Position numbers and translations under genes: made by a program. This document shows positions 1 through 7,993 of a DNA stretch of 64,000 nt, piece by piece. The stretch's first letter is position 1, and every line of letters begins with the position of its first letter. The DNA is taken from IMG/VR virus record IMGVR_UViG_3300003154_000001; one strand, given 5' to 3'. The notes under the pieces were generated by a model, which was given only the letters and a program-made list of their open reading frames with translations, made no database searches and was not told where the DNA came from. The DNA comes from a virus.

Positions 1-293
1 ATAATATAAATCCTGTGTTTAGCATGTCGAGAGCCATGTAAACCTAGCACTTCCACTACATCATATAACATGGATATTGCCGTGTCCACTTCTATTTTGC
101 TTTCTTGAGGAAATTTATCAACTTCTATCTCGCCCCTATACTCATGTACTGTCTTACTGGAAAATACTTCTTCTCCATCGTAAGAATGGTAATCTACTTG
201 GAAGCCATTATCTGCTTCTGTAATGACTACAACTGGACTGTGCTTTTGTAAATTAATCTTTATTGTAGTATCTTTTTGTTTCTTAGTTTTCAT
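1..293 (-). CDS. hypothetical protein; C-terminus runs off the left edge of the window
   Basis: ATG at 291-293 (minus). Frame stays open to position 1 (MKTKKQKDTTIKINLQ...). Same strand as the surrounding leftward block. Confidence 0.5.
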   Translation of the reverse strand, partial: MKTKKQKDTTIKINLQKHSPVVVITEADNGFQVDYHSYDGEEVFSSKTVHEYRGEIEVDKFPQESKIEVDTAISMLYDVVEVLGLHGSRHAKHRIYI

Positions 294-319
294 TTTATTA
301 CAGAATTTTCTAGTGCTCT

Positions 320-565
320 TCATTTAAGAGTTTCCATCCCGTCAATTGAACAATTAGGGCAGTTACCTGCTTTATGATTAACTGCATTCTCTGTAAGACT
401 GACAACTACTATCTTGCCTGCGTCCGAGTTAAATACCAAGTGTGCTTGTTTAAAACATTCTTTATGAAAAACGGCTATCTCGCTCAGAAGAGTATCATAA
501 TCCTCAAGGTGCATTTCTACATATTCCCCACAAATGATACATCTTGCATCACAAATATCACACAT
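320..565 (-). CDS. small zinc-ribbon protein
   Basis: 81-aa ORF with CDICDARCIICGE near the N-terminus and CPNC near the C-terminus. Confidence 0.6.
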   Translation of the reverse strand: MCDICDARCIICGEYVEMHLEDYDTLLSEIAVFHKECFKQAHLVFNSDAGKIVVVSLTENAVNHKAGNCPNCSIDGMETLK

Positions 566-610
566 ACATTTCTCCTAGAAGTTAATATTAAAATTTACTA
601 GAACTTAGTC

Positions 611-638
611 TGGCAATTGGTTGGCAATTACTTGGCAA
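611..638. repeat. three direct TGGCAA(T/A) repeats phased at exactly 11 bp
   Basis: TGGCAA at 611-616, 622-627 and 633-638, in the 150-nt intergenic gap between two minus-strand genes. Confidence 0.7.
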
Positions 639-647
639 ACGTGGAAG

Positions 648-713
648 CCTTGCATATTTGCAACCCTACTTAAGCTCAACTCTACGGAGGGGCATACATA
701 GGAATATGCAAGG
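648..713. repeat. 11-bp perfect inverted repeat CCTTGCATATT / AATATGCAAGG with a 44-nt spacer
   Basis: Arms at 648-658 and 703-713 are exact reverse complements. The 13-mer CCTTGCATATTCC recurs at 27478-27490. Confidence 0.75.
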
Positions 714-715
714 AC

Positions 716-1000
716 TTATTCCACTTCCTCTTGTTCGTACATTGTATTTATTGCTTTTTTAGATATTGTATTTACATTTCCCAAGTCTGAATATCCATAT
801 AGCCGACTATCTCTATCCGAGAGTTTCTTAGTTCCTGTTTGCCCAACAAACTCTACACAAATACTCTCTGCTCTATCACAGTTAGGATTAAGACAAGAGT
901 ATATAACATCTTTTCTATTAATCCAATTGGCTTTACGGGTTTCTCTTTTCATTCCCTTTGCCCCGCAACGACCACAGTATGTTCCATTCATTATTTCCAT
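716..1000 (-). CDS. zinc-ribbon protein
   Basis: 94-aa ORF with CGRCG and CLNPNC pairs. Confidence 0.6.
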   Translation of the reverse strand: MEIMNGTYCGRCGAKGMKRETRKANWINRKDVIYSCLNPNCDRAESICVEFVGQTGTKKLSDRDSRLYGYSDLGNVNTISKKAINTMYEQEEVE

Positions 1001-1006
1001 AATTCC

Positions 1007-1576
1007 TCACAGATAGTTATAATCGTTCAGAAGTTTCTTTAGTTTTATTGTTATAGATGAGTCTTTGCTAGGCTCACCATCTACAACTGACCAATTCTTA
1101 TCTGTTAAAAGATAAAAATGAGTCTTATTATCAGGCGTATAAATAGACTTTAATACTTTTCTAGGAGAAGCATTAATAGAGTCAATTACCTGTTTCCTTA
1201 CTTCTGCTGGATAGAGTTTGGGAGCTTCCACTTCCATTACAAAGCTATCAGGGAGCTTAACTCCTAGCCTATCGAAAGAAGTATTGTTCTTCCTCGCCAT
1301 TACGTTCTTAAACTTCTCTATCTTTGAGTCGAGGGGCAAATATAGTTTCACAATAAGCCAATGAGGATAATCTTCACTAGGATAGAAAGTTTCTCCCAAC
1401 CCATGTTCACCTTGAAACTCAAGTTTAGTACCAGTACGATACTTCTTTAGAATACGAAGTTGGAGATACTTGGCAGTAGGAGTATTGACTATCTTATTTC
1501 GTATAGATAGTTGAAGAAGTGTACTATCAGGAGGAGTCCAGCGTTCTTTCTTTTCTTCATTATTTTCCATTACCAT
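1007..1576 (-). CDS. hypothetical protein
   Basis: Long ORF. Start moved to ATG 1574-1576, which sits behind AAGGAGAGGAG. The track start at 1660 would overlap the HNH gene by 100 nt. Confidence 0.55.
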   Translation of the reverse strand: MVMENNEEKKERWTPPDSTLLQLSIRNKIVNTPTAKYLQLRILKKYRTGTKLEFQGEHGLGETFYPSEDYPHWLIVKLYLPLDSKIEKFKNVMARKNNTSFDRLGVKLPDSFVMEVEAPKLYPAEVRKQVIDSINASPRKVLKSIYTPDNKTHFYLLTDKNWSVVDGEPSKDSSITIKLKKLLNDYNYL

Positions 1577-2171
1577 TTTTCTTCTCCTCTCCTTCATTGT
1601 GTTTTTTGGGGAATCCTTTAACAATAATTGTCTTATTTTCATGTCCATGTATCGCTTCAATATCCTGAATATTATCGAAAAAAGTTGTAGTCTTATATTG
1701 ACCTAACCATTCCATGATACATTTGCCAGATGGAAATTTAATAATTAATGCTATTGCTCCTTTTCCAGAAACTTTAGAAACATCTTCTTTTCTATATAAG
1801 GAAAAGATTTCAATATTATGATTTCCTAAAAATTTTAAAGCAAACAAGGAACTCCAATGTTCAAAATCCTCAATAGTTAAATTTGATTTGGCTTGATTAC
1901 ATAATTTACAACACGTCACGCTATTTTCTTCTGTATATCCTTTTGTATTATCTACCCTGTCAATTCCATTATAAATTAAATCTTGTTTAGCTCTAGCTCG
2001 TTTTTTACGAAATACATTGGACGGAGGTGCCCCACAATAAAAACAAGTACCATTAAAAAGTATTTTGGCCGTTTCATCCGTTAATGCCCACTCTAATCCT
2101 TTTCCTTGTATTCGATATTTATACTCACTAATGAGTAAATTATAAGGAAGTTCTCCTTGTTTTTTATTCAT
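1560..2171 (-). CDS. HNH homing-type endonuclease
   Basis: Motifs CFYCG ... GIDRVDNTKGY ... CCKLCNQAKS match the HNH_3-type signature. Confidence 0.8.
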   Translation of the reverse strand: MNKKQGELPYNLLISEYKYRIQGKGLEWALTDETAKILFNGTCFYCGAPPSNVFRKKRARAKQDLIYNGIDRVDNTKGYTEENSVTCCKLCNQAKSNLTIEDFEHWSSLFALKFLGNHNIEIFSLYRKEDVSKVSGKGAIALIIKFPSGKCIMEWLGQYKTTTFFDNIQDIEAIHGHENKTIIVKGFPKKHNEGEEKKNGNGK

Positions 2172-2472
2172 TGTCGTCTATCTCCCCGTTAAATTCTCTA
2201 AGTTTTGCATTTAATTTATCTTTAAGAGAGTCACGGTACATCTTCATTCCGATAGTAACCATCAACAATAAAAGTCCTGTGGCAGTTGTTTGTAGAGCAT
2301 CCCTAACTGTAATAAACCTCTCATCATTAAGGAAGTGCGCCCCTAAACTAATCATAAAACAAAACACAGACTGACCAAACATCATTCCACAATTAAATAG
2401 CCAGTTGTTAATTCTTATTGACAGTTCTCCTATTTCCAGAGTTTCTTCTTCGGTAGGTTTCCTTTTTAGCAT
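2164..2472 (-). CDS. small membrane protein (two hydrophobic helices)
   Basis: Hydrophobic stretches FNCGMMFGQSVFCFMISLGAHF and ATGLLLLMVTIGM. GGGAGA lies 7 nt upstream of the ATG. Confidence 0.5.
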   Translation of the reverse strand: MLKRKPTEEETLEIGELSIRINNWLFNCGMMFGQSVFCFMISLGAHFLNDERFITVRDALQTTATGLLLLMVTIGMKMYRDSLKDKLNAKLREFNGEIDDNE

Positions 2473-2719
2473 TGACGTTCTCCCTTTTTATTAGTCCAAA
2501 TTTATTCTTATTAGTATTCCAATCATCATATAACTCTGTACGCGTTAGTTCTGTTTCAAATGAATAATGTTCAAAATCGTCAAAATTACCTGACACTCTT
2601 AAATAATCTGCCCCACCATCAACACTACATTTTCCACATTCACATTTTCTATAATCATGTCTGGCTCTTGAGTAAATAGCAGAACCGCAGTGTTTACACT
2701 TAATACCATGTATTTTCAT
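2408..2719 (-). CDS. zinc-ribbon protein
   Basis: CKHCG ... CECGKC at the N-terminus of a 103-aa ORF. Confidence 0.6.
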   Translation of the reverse strand: MKIHGIKCKHCGSAIYSRARHDYRKCECGKCSVDGGADYLRVSGNFDDFEHYSFETELTRTELYDDWNTNKNKFGLIKRENVNAKKETYRRRNSGNRRTVNKN

Positions 2720-2720
2720 A

Positions 2721-2831
2721 TTATATCTTAGCTCCTTTTAATAGATTTTCTTTAATTGTAAGGGGCTGTAAATTTTTATAATTACACGCCTTGAATTCCC
2801 TTCGTTTATGACATCTAGGGCAAAGTTTCAT
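2721..2831 (-). CDS. 36-aa zinc-finger microprotein
   Basis: MKLCPRCHKRREFKACNYK... The ATG overlaps the upstream TGA (ATGA). Not in the ORF track because it is under 60 aa. Confidence 0.4.
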   Translation of the reverse strand: MKLCPRCHKRREFKACNYKNLQPLTIKENLLKGAKI

Positions 2832-3034
2832 TTTACTACCTCTACTACGGCTACATATTTATCTACAAGTTCTTCGAGAGTTATGCCCATAGATTTTGCT
2901 TGTTCTTTGGTCAACTCTGTATATCGTACCCCATCATAAGATTGTAGTTCAAATTTAACTTCATCTTCGTTTACATCCACTACCTTGCCAAGAGCGTGTT
3001 TAGGTACTGCCATATCTCCAACTTTTATTTTCAT
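2828..3034 (-). CDS. hypothetical protein
   Basis: 68-aa ORF with overlapping stop/start junctions on both sides. N-terminal KIKVGDMAV resembles the KFxxGDI family. Confidence 0.6.
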   Translation of the reverse strand: MKIKVGDMAVPKHALGKVVDVNEDEVKFELQSYDGVRYTELTKEQAKSMGITLEELVDKYVAVVEVVK

Positions 3035-3270
3035 TCCTTCTCCTTTAACAGAAGTTTGATAGCTTTCTGAATTAAAACTAAGGCTCCATCCTCTCTATCG
3101 TGTTCCAGCCTCACACTTTTAATTGGCTTACCTATCTCATAATATTCAGCATAATACTGACATCTTTCTGTACCCTTAACAGGATGAATTTTTTTATAAA
3201 CATCGCCCTCATTATGGATGTATAAATACCCTAGTAAGGCTCCATTAATTTTAATCTCTGCTGTTAACAT
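3031..3270 (-). CDS. hypothetical protein
   Basis: 79-aa ORF with coupled junctions. Confidence 0.6.
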   Translation of the reverse strand: MLTAEIKINGALLGYLYIHNEGDVYKKIHPVKGTERCQYYAEYYEIGKPIKSVRLEHDREDGALVLIQKAIKLLLKEKE

Positions 3271-3272
3271 AG

Positions 3273-3530
3273 TTAATCTCCCTCGTTTACATCCTCACCA
3301 AAAGTTAATATATCTACTTTGACAATAAAATCATTTGGCAACATAAGTGCTGTCTTGGCTTGATGTGTTCCAACCTTCATTTCTTCATAAGTTATATAAT
3401 GTATCTTCTTATTGTTAGTATAAATCTTTAATATTTGGTCTGGTTGTATAATGCCATGAGCAACTATTTCAGCCCCTCTAATTTTATGCTTACTAATCGA
3501 GCCATCTTTTGTTAACCAAAATTCCTTCAC
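3273..3530 (-). CDS. hypothetical protein (GTG start)
   Basis: 85-aa ORF. The GTG start overlaps the stop of the upstream microprotein (GTGA). Confidence 0.55.
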   Translation of the reverse strand: MKEFWLTKDGSISKHKIRGAEIVAHGIIQPDQILKIYTNNKKIHYITYEEMKVGTHQAKTALMLPNDFIVKVDILTFGEDVNEGD

Positions 3531-3673
3531 TTCTTCTCCTTACGTTTCCTCGAACATTCAGGACACAACGCCAATAGCCTATCTGTCTTATCATCCTGCA
3601 TAATAGGATAAACAATGTCGGAAATGTCCTTCCCACAATCATCGCAGTTAACTCTCATTCTAAATTTCTGCAT
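3527..3673 (-). CDS. 48-aa zinc-ribbon microprotein
   Basis: MQKFRMRVNCDDCGKD...LCPECSRKRKEKK fills the gap between the tRNA-like gene and the next ORF. Confidence 0.45.
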   Translation of the reverse strand: MQKFRMRVNCDDCGKDISDIVYPIMQDDKTDRLLALCPECSRKRKEKK

Positions 3674-3692
3674 GATATACTCCTTATAAAAT

Positions 3693-3766
3693 TGGTAGCG
3701 GGTAGCAGAGTTGCACTGCTTACTAAAGGATATGAGCCTTTCGTGTTGCTGTTACACCAACCCGCA
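3693..3766 (-). tRNA. tRNA-Met-like (anticodon CAT), 74 nt with encoded CCA
   Basis: - Hand-folded cloverleaf: TGCGGGT TG GTGT AACAGCA ACAC G AAAGG CTCATAT CCTTT AGTA AGCAG TGCAACT CTGCT ACCCGCT A CCA.
- U8, A14, A21, U33, A37, C56 and A58 are present.
- Atypical points: T1:T72 mismatch, no GG in the D-loop, T-loop TGC instead of TTC. Confidence 0.5.
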
Positions 3767-3773
3767 ATATTCA

Positions 3774-3956
3774 CTACTTCTTCTTTCTCAAGTTTTGCTT
3801 ATAAAGCTCTCCCTTAATGTCCTGTAGAAGCTCTTTAATAGCTAACAACTCTCTGTGTAAATATGTCTGTGCCTTAAGTATTCTTATTGGGTCTTGTACT
3901 GCATACTTAAGTATTATGTCTAATTTCTTTAGAATTTCTTTAGTCTTAAAAAACAT
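3774..3956 (-). CDS. hypothetical protein
   Basis: Start moved to ATG 3954-3956, 6 nt behind AAGGAGG. The track start is at 3986. Confidence 0.55.
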   Translation of the reverse strand: MFFKTKEILKKLDIILKYAVQDPIRILKAQTYLHRELLAIKELLQDIKGELYKQNLRKKK

Positions 3957-4128
3957 GTGGTTCCTCCTTATCCGTAAGGAATTCATAAATCATCCAACCA
4001 ACAATTATTGGTGTGGCTAGTATTATACCAAATAAATATATAGAATATTTAATGAGATACCCAATGATAGATTTACCAAATATGGTTAATAGTTCTTTCA
4101 AGTCGTCTTTAGCAGTTTCAAAATTCAT
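3946..4128 (-). CDS. small membrane protein
   Basis: Hydrophobic stretch IYLFGIILATPIIVGWMIY. Confidence 0.55.
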   Translation of the reverse strand: MNFETAKDDLKELLTIFGKSIIGYLIKYSIYLFGIILATPIIVGWMIYEFLTDKEEPHVF

Positions 4129-4129
4129 A

Positions 4130-4273
4130 TTAATCCTTTTCCGTTATATATAATAGTTCTACATTTGGACTCTTACATTCTGGACAAAATATATGTAGTT
4201 CGTCCTCAAAGGAGTCAAATTCTTCTCCACAATCTTTACAGTAGTAAACATAAATAGTAATATCAGGACTCAT
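4130..4273 (-). CDS. 47-aa zinc-ribbon microprotein
   Basis: MSPDITIYVYYCKDCGEEF...FCPECKSPN. The ATG overlaps the upstream TAA by 1 nt. Confidence 0.45.
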   Translation of the reverse strand: MSPDITIYVYYCKDCGEEFDSFEDELHIFCPECKSPNVELLYITEKD

Positions 4274-4545
4274 TAACAAACCTCTCTTATAGGTGACGCA
4301 AAAACAAAACTGAATCGAGGATTTTCTAAATCATCCTCTAATAAGACAAGACGAGGAGTTTTTGAATATGTATCTCCTTCCCATGTAATTATATCCACAG
4401 TTAAAGGAGTATATTCTAATACAGCATATTGACTTCTTGTAGTTCTTCCAACATCTATTACTTTAAATGAAGTGTCACTATCTAGTGGCGTATAATTTAA
4501 ACAATAATAAGTTCTATTCTTCTTTAATTGATTTATTTTGAACAT
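4273..4545 (-). CDS. hypothetical protein
   Basis: 90-aa ORF in the leftward block. Confidence 0.6.
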   Translation of the reverse strand: MFKINQLKKNRTYYCLNYTPLDSDTSFKVIDVGRTTRSQYAVLEYTPLTVDIITWEGDTYSKTPRLVLLEDDLENPRFSFVFASPIREVC

Positions 4546-4849
4546 TCAAACTCCTTCCAAAGATTATCTTGTTCTTGTTCCTCTGTATCAATAGTTGCTA
4601 GAGCTAACATTCTTTTATGTGTATCAAATATCTCTGTGGCTAAAGATGTAATCATATATCGAAGTGCATCCGTTAAGTCATATATTTTATCAATCTTTTT
4701 AGGCTCTGGTCAAAAAATTGTAGTCAAAAAACTACCATTAGCTAAAACGTAGTAGATTTGACAGTTAAATTCTACTCTAAAATGAGTTTAAATGTCCTCT
4801 AATATGTCCTGATATGGCTTAAATTATAATGTCTAATGAATTCAATAAG

Positions 4850-5146
4850 TTACTTATTTACTCTTTTCTTCCAATGTCCTCTTGAATGTCCACTACTTTG
4901 TTTAGTAGCTTTCTCATATTCTTCTATAAGAATATCTTGTTCGCTGTCAAAATAAGAGGTAGCACATTCTAAAGTATTTTCAGACGCTATAAAATCCTTA
5001 TTATTTCCAAATGCACCAACTAAATAAGTAGTCGAGATTTCTCCTGCGACATTCACTCCAAATCCTAATATTTGCTTTATTTTTCCTACTTCACAAGTTA
5101 AATGGCATCTAACTATATCGCCTTGCTTAAACTTACTCTTACCCAT
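4850..5146 (-). CDS. hypothetical protein, KFxxGDI-motif family
   Basis: N-terminus MGKSKFKQGDIVRC matches the start of ORFs 8246..8536 and 8764..9075. Confidence 0.6.
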   Translation of the reverse strand: MGKSKFKQGDIVRCHLTCEVGKIKQILGFGVNVAGEISTTYLVGAFGNNKDFIASENTLECATSYFDSEQDILIEEYEKATKQSSGHSRGHWKKRVNK

Positions 5147-5622
5147 TCTGGCTTACCTCTTTTTGTCCATTTAGGAGTTCTCTTGTCGGTTTCCCACCTA
5201 GCATTTAAATAATTTTTGTATGCTTCAGGAGTATCAGTAATATGTTTAAATGAAATGCCTTTTTCTTTATTAGTAGTGCAGTTACAGAATGAGCTTCCCC
5301 CTCTACTTGGAATATAGTACTGCCCTAAAACAATTTGTAAAGCAAAGGTAGAGCATTTATGAGTTCTATTAAATCTGTAATTATACTCTGCTATTAAATG
5401 AATAAAATGTTGCATTAACCATTCATAATTTCCTTGACTTGATGAAGCCCATTTAACTACTGGATGATTTAGATGTGTTGGCTTATAAAAGCCCTTATGT
5501 CCATTAATCCAAATTGCCGTACTAAGTATCTGTGCTGACTCTAAAATCATTTTAATTAGGCGTTTATCATCTAAAGCTATGGCACTTAAATGGGGGTCTG
5601 GATTAGTGACAAAAATATTCAA
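5113..5622 (-). CDS. conserved phage protein of unknown function
   Basis: 169-aa ORF. I recognise the N-terminal pattern NIFVTNPDP..SA.ALDDKRLIKMILESAQILSTA as a recurrent phage family but cannot name its function from memory. Confidence 0.6.
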   Translation of the reverse strand: MNIFVTNPDPHLSAIALDDKRLIKMILESAQILSTAIWINGHKGFYKPTHLNHPVVKWASSSQGNYEWLMQHFIHLIAEYNYRFNRTHKCSTFALQIVLGQYYIPSRGGSSFCNCTTNKEKGISFKHITDTPEAYKNYLNARWETDKRTPKWTKRGKPEWVRVSLSKAI

Positions 5623-5642
5623 TCTTCTTCCCGTCCTTTCTA

Positions 5643-5942
5643 TTATATCCCTTTTTGCCCTTCTTTGTTCCTATTGGTCTGGAGGGCTTCTTTGGAACGG
5701 GCTTTCTTATTTTCAAACCTTTGTTTCCTTTTCCCATAAATTAACTCCAATGTCGGGGCTAATCGTTTATCAAAGATTAACTTGTCGTGAAATTCACAGA
5801 TAAAGCGGTAGCCATCCCAATCAATAATAGTCTTTCCATTCTTGAGTTTAATAATTCCCTTCTTAATACGAATAGTTCGTACTTCTTTCTTAGAAGGGTC
5901 TAATTCTTTATTACAATTAAAAAACTCACATTTATATTTCAA
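5643..5942 (-). CDS. hypothetical basic protein (TTG start)
   Basis: 99-aa ORF. TTG start lies behind GGAAGGAGAAG. Confidence 0.5.
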   Translation of the reverse strand: MKYKCEFFNCNKELDPSKKEVRTIRIKKGIIKLKNGKTIIDWDGYRFICEFHDKLIFDKRLAPTLELIYGKRKQRFENKKARSKEALQTNRNKEGQKGI

Positions 5943-5969
5943 TTTCTTCTCCTTCCGCAGAAATCACTT

Positions 5970-6107
5970 TTATCTTATTTCTGCTTTTATGATTTCTAGC
6001 TTGTTCTTGAAGATTGACGAGTCGGCAACATGCCATCGGCTTTGTCCATCCATTAAAGTTGTAAAAGCATAAGCTAGTTTAATATACATCTTCTTAAAAT
6101 CTCTCAT
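5970..6107 (-). CDS. 45-aa hypothetical microprotein
   Basis: ATG lies behind GGAGCAGT. First ORF downstream of the promoter at 6143-6171. Confidence 0.4.
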   Translation of the reverse strand: MRDFKKMYIKLAYAFTTLMDGQSRWHVADSSIFKNKLEIIKAEIR

Positions 6108-6142
6108 ACTGCTCCTATAAACACGAAAATTGATTATACCTT

Positions 6143-6171
6143 ATCTTATCACAAATTACATCATTTGTCAA
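6143..6171 (-). promoter_or_regulatory. sigma70-type promoter (leftward): TTGACA-N17-TAAGAT with TGn extension
   Basis: Minus strand reads TTGACAaatgatgtaatttgTGaTAAGAT. It lies in the 84-nt gap upstream of ORF 5970..6107. Confidence 0.55.
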
Positions 6172-6191
6172 GAGTTTTCTTTTCAATAATA

Positions 6192-6581
6192 TCAACCACT
6201 TAGCTCCTTATTGACTAGAAACTGTACAATTTCCATCCAGTTATTCTTATATTCTATTGCCCTATCATCAATGTAGTAGTTAGCAAATGGCTTACCATTC
6301 TTACCATAATCAATTCTATCATAGGGTATCTTATGCTGTTTCAAGAAGTTAATCATATCTTTGACTATTCTTTGTCGAGAATGATTAGGAAATTTCTTAC
6401 CCCGTTTCAAAGGAGTAGTTCTACATGAGAAGATTATAATTTTATATCCAAGTTTCTTGAGTAACTTTATGGCTTCTCTTGCATGAGGCTTCATCCCGAC
6501 TATTTCAACATAATTTCTGGTTTCTGCCAGCACCCCGTCGAAATCAATGCAAAGCTGTTTCTCAAATTTTAATTTCTTCAA
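6192..6581 (-). CDS. HAD-superfamily phosphatase
   Basis: Motif I CIDFDGVL, motif II IIIFSCRT, a conserved K, and motif IV YYIDDR. Confidence 0.7.
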   Translation of the reverse strand: MKKLKFEKQLCIDFDGVLAETRNYVEIVGMKPHAREAIKLLKKLGYKIIIFSCRTTPLKRGKKFPNHSRQRIVKDMINFLKQHKIPYDRIDYGKNGKPFANYYIDDRAIEYKNNWMEIVQFLVNKELSG

Positions 6582-6825
6582 TCTGTTTCTTCCTTAATTT
6601 AAGAGTTTCAATTATATTAATTATAATATTAATAGTATCTATCATGTCAATATTAAACCAATGGTCTTTTCTAAATTCTTTCTCATCTACATTTATGAAT
6701 TTTATTAAATACTTATTATGACGATAATCTACTTTGGTTAAAATAAAATCTTTATTCCGTAACCAATCTAAACTACGCTCATCTACTAGCGTGTAGATGG
6801 TATCAAAGTTTAAATGAGTTAACAT
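6562..6825 (-). CDS. hypothetical protein
   Basis: Start moved to ATG 6823-6825 behind AAAGAGGAAG. The track start at 6888 would overlap the upstream gene by 70 nt. Confidence 0.5.
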   Translation of the reverse strand: MLTHLNFDTIYTLVDERSLDWLRNKDFILTKVDYRHNKYLIKFINVDEKEFRKDHWFNIDMIDTINIIINIIETLKLRKKQIEEIKI

Positions 6826-7259
6826 ATTAGCTTCCTCTTTGGTTGTTTTAAATGTAGATAATGTTTTTGACATAATGTTCTTACCCAACCGATATCATTT
6901 CGGGTCTTACCTTTTTTACCACAGGTTTCACAAATTGTTGCCGACTTAGTTTCTGCCTCATTAATTAATTTACTTATCTCATCTGTTTCACAAGTCATAT
7001 AAAATCTAAGTGTACCAAATTTCTCTTTAACTTGACTTGCACAACAACGACAACCTAATTTCTTCTGTTCTTCTGTGTAAGAGTCATTGACCGCCTTACA
7101 TAGAGGCTCTAACTTCTCACTTAATTTCCATATAAGGTCAAACCAACCTTTACCACATGAGAAGCCCCAACACATGCAAGTAGTGGACATATTCCCATTT
7201 CTATCCATGTATAGATTAGGAAATGCTTTCACTAACTTTTCGTCTAATTCTCTGTCCAT
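6819..7259 (-). CDS. Cys-rich conserved phage protein
   Basis: 146-aa ORF with a MCWGFSCGKGWFDLI core and a C-terminal CETCGKKG. Function unknown. Confidence 0.6.
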   Translation of the reverse strand: MDRELDEKLVKAFPNLYMDRNGNMSTTCMCWGFSCGKGWFDLIWKLSEKLEPLCKAVNDSYTEEQKKLGCRCCASQVKEKFGTLRFYMTCETDEISKLINEAETKSATICETCGKKGKTRNDIGWVRTLCQKHYLHLKQPKRKLIC

Positions 7260-7288
7260 TGATGTACCTCTTTTATAGGTTACATTAC

Positions 7289-7492
7289 CTACTTTTCAGG
7301 TCTAACATTATTATAAATTCGTGAGGCGTGTCTATAAATATCCATTAAATCATCTATGGCATCTGCGTAAATATGATTATCTAATTTGCCATTAGCCTGA
7401 TAAGCATTTATTTTACAGATAAATGATAAGATGATTTCTCGAATTTGTGTATAACTCTCATCTATTCTCTGCTCATGTATTTTCTTGTCCAT
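7289..7492 (-). CDS. hypothetical protein
   Basis: 67-aa ORF with a coupled junction to the next gene. Confidence 0.55.
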   Translation of the reverse strand: MDKKIHEQRIDESYTQIREIILSFICKINAYQANGKLDNHIYADAIDDLMDIYRHASRIYNNVRPEK

Positions 7493-7686
7493 TATTCCCT
7501 CTCAAATGTAAATTCTTCTGTTTTCTCATTGTAATCTATAAAGTGAACACAAACCTCATTATACTCATCTTCAAAGTACATTTCTTCACTTAAATAGATT
7601 GTGTTAAGTTCCTGACAAAATGGGCAATCTCCCTCTGCCATAATAACTGTGGGATTTGATACGCTACCTTTAACTTTTGTTTTCAT
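7492..7686 (-). CDS. hypothetical protein
   Basis: 64-aa ORF containing CPFC. Confidence 0.55.
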   Translation of the reverse strand: MKTKVKGSVSNPTVIMAEGDCPFCQELNTIYLSEEMYFEDEYNEVCVHFIDYNEKTEEFTFERE

Positions 7687-7993
7687 CTAATTTTTCCTTT
7701 CTCGTTCTTAAATAGTCTAAACTATCGTCATAACCTTTTACTTTTTCTTTATGAGCTAATTCCCCCAATTCATGTAGGGTTAAATAATATCGTTCCTTAG
7801 TCGAACAACATTCTATTGTGAGAATTGAAGTGTTCAATGGTTTATAGTACTGTTCCTCAATAACAAAATATAGTCCTTTGTCCATAAAGGGCGATTTATC
7901 TGGTCGAGGCCATATATAGCACATTACGGGAACAATAGCTTCTAGGAATTCCAGATACATTCCGTCTAATGTACTACGATTTTCTAGGCGCAT
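7670..7993 (-). CDS. hypothetical protein, basic C-tail family (divergent member)
   Basis: Ends DSLDYLRTRKEKLDENKS. Confidence 0.6.
   Translation of the reverse strand: MRLENRSTLDGMYLEFLEAIVPVMCYIWPRPDKSPFMDKGLYFVIEEQYYKPLNTSILTIECCSTKERYYLTLHELGELAHKEKVKGYDDSLDYLRTRKEKLDENKS

Noticed and set aside
611-660. Sigma54-type promoter, suggested by TGGCA...TTGCA elements.
   Set aside because: The GG to GC spacing is 18 nt and not the required 12 nt. The TGGCAA copies do not pair with a correctly placed TTGC, and the orientation is opposite to the local genes.
1560-2171. HNH genes as markers of a group I intron or intein insertion.
   Set aside because: Both HNH ORFs are free-standing between complete small genes. 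No split host gene and no intron-like structured flanks are visible.
3693-3766. Plus-strand reading of the same cloverleaf as a tRNA with anticodon ATG (His).
   Set aside because: In that orientation the arms falling at the D and T positions carry no G18-G19 or TTC signature, and there is no 3' CCA. An unmodified A34 anticodon is rare, and the gene would be antisense to the operon. The minus-strand CAT version has U8, A14, A58 and an ACCA end.
4528-4752. Plus-strand 74-aa ORF, and a possible 40-aa minus ORF (4533..4655), in the 300-bp gap 4546-4849.
   Set aside because: Neither has an SD or a recognisable motif. The plus ORF runs against the operon direction. The gap may hold regulatory sequence, but I could not find a convincing promoter or terminator there.
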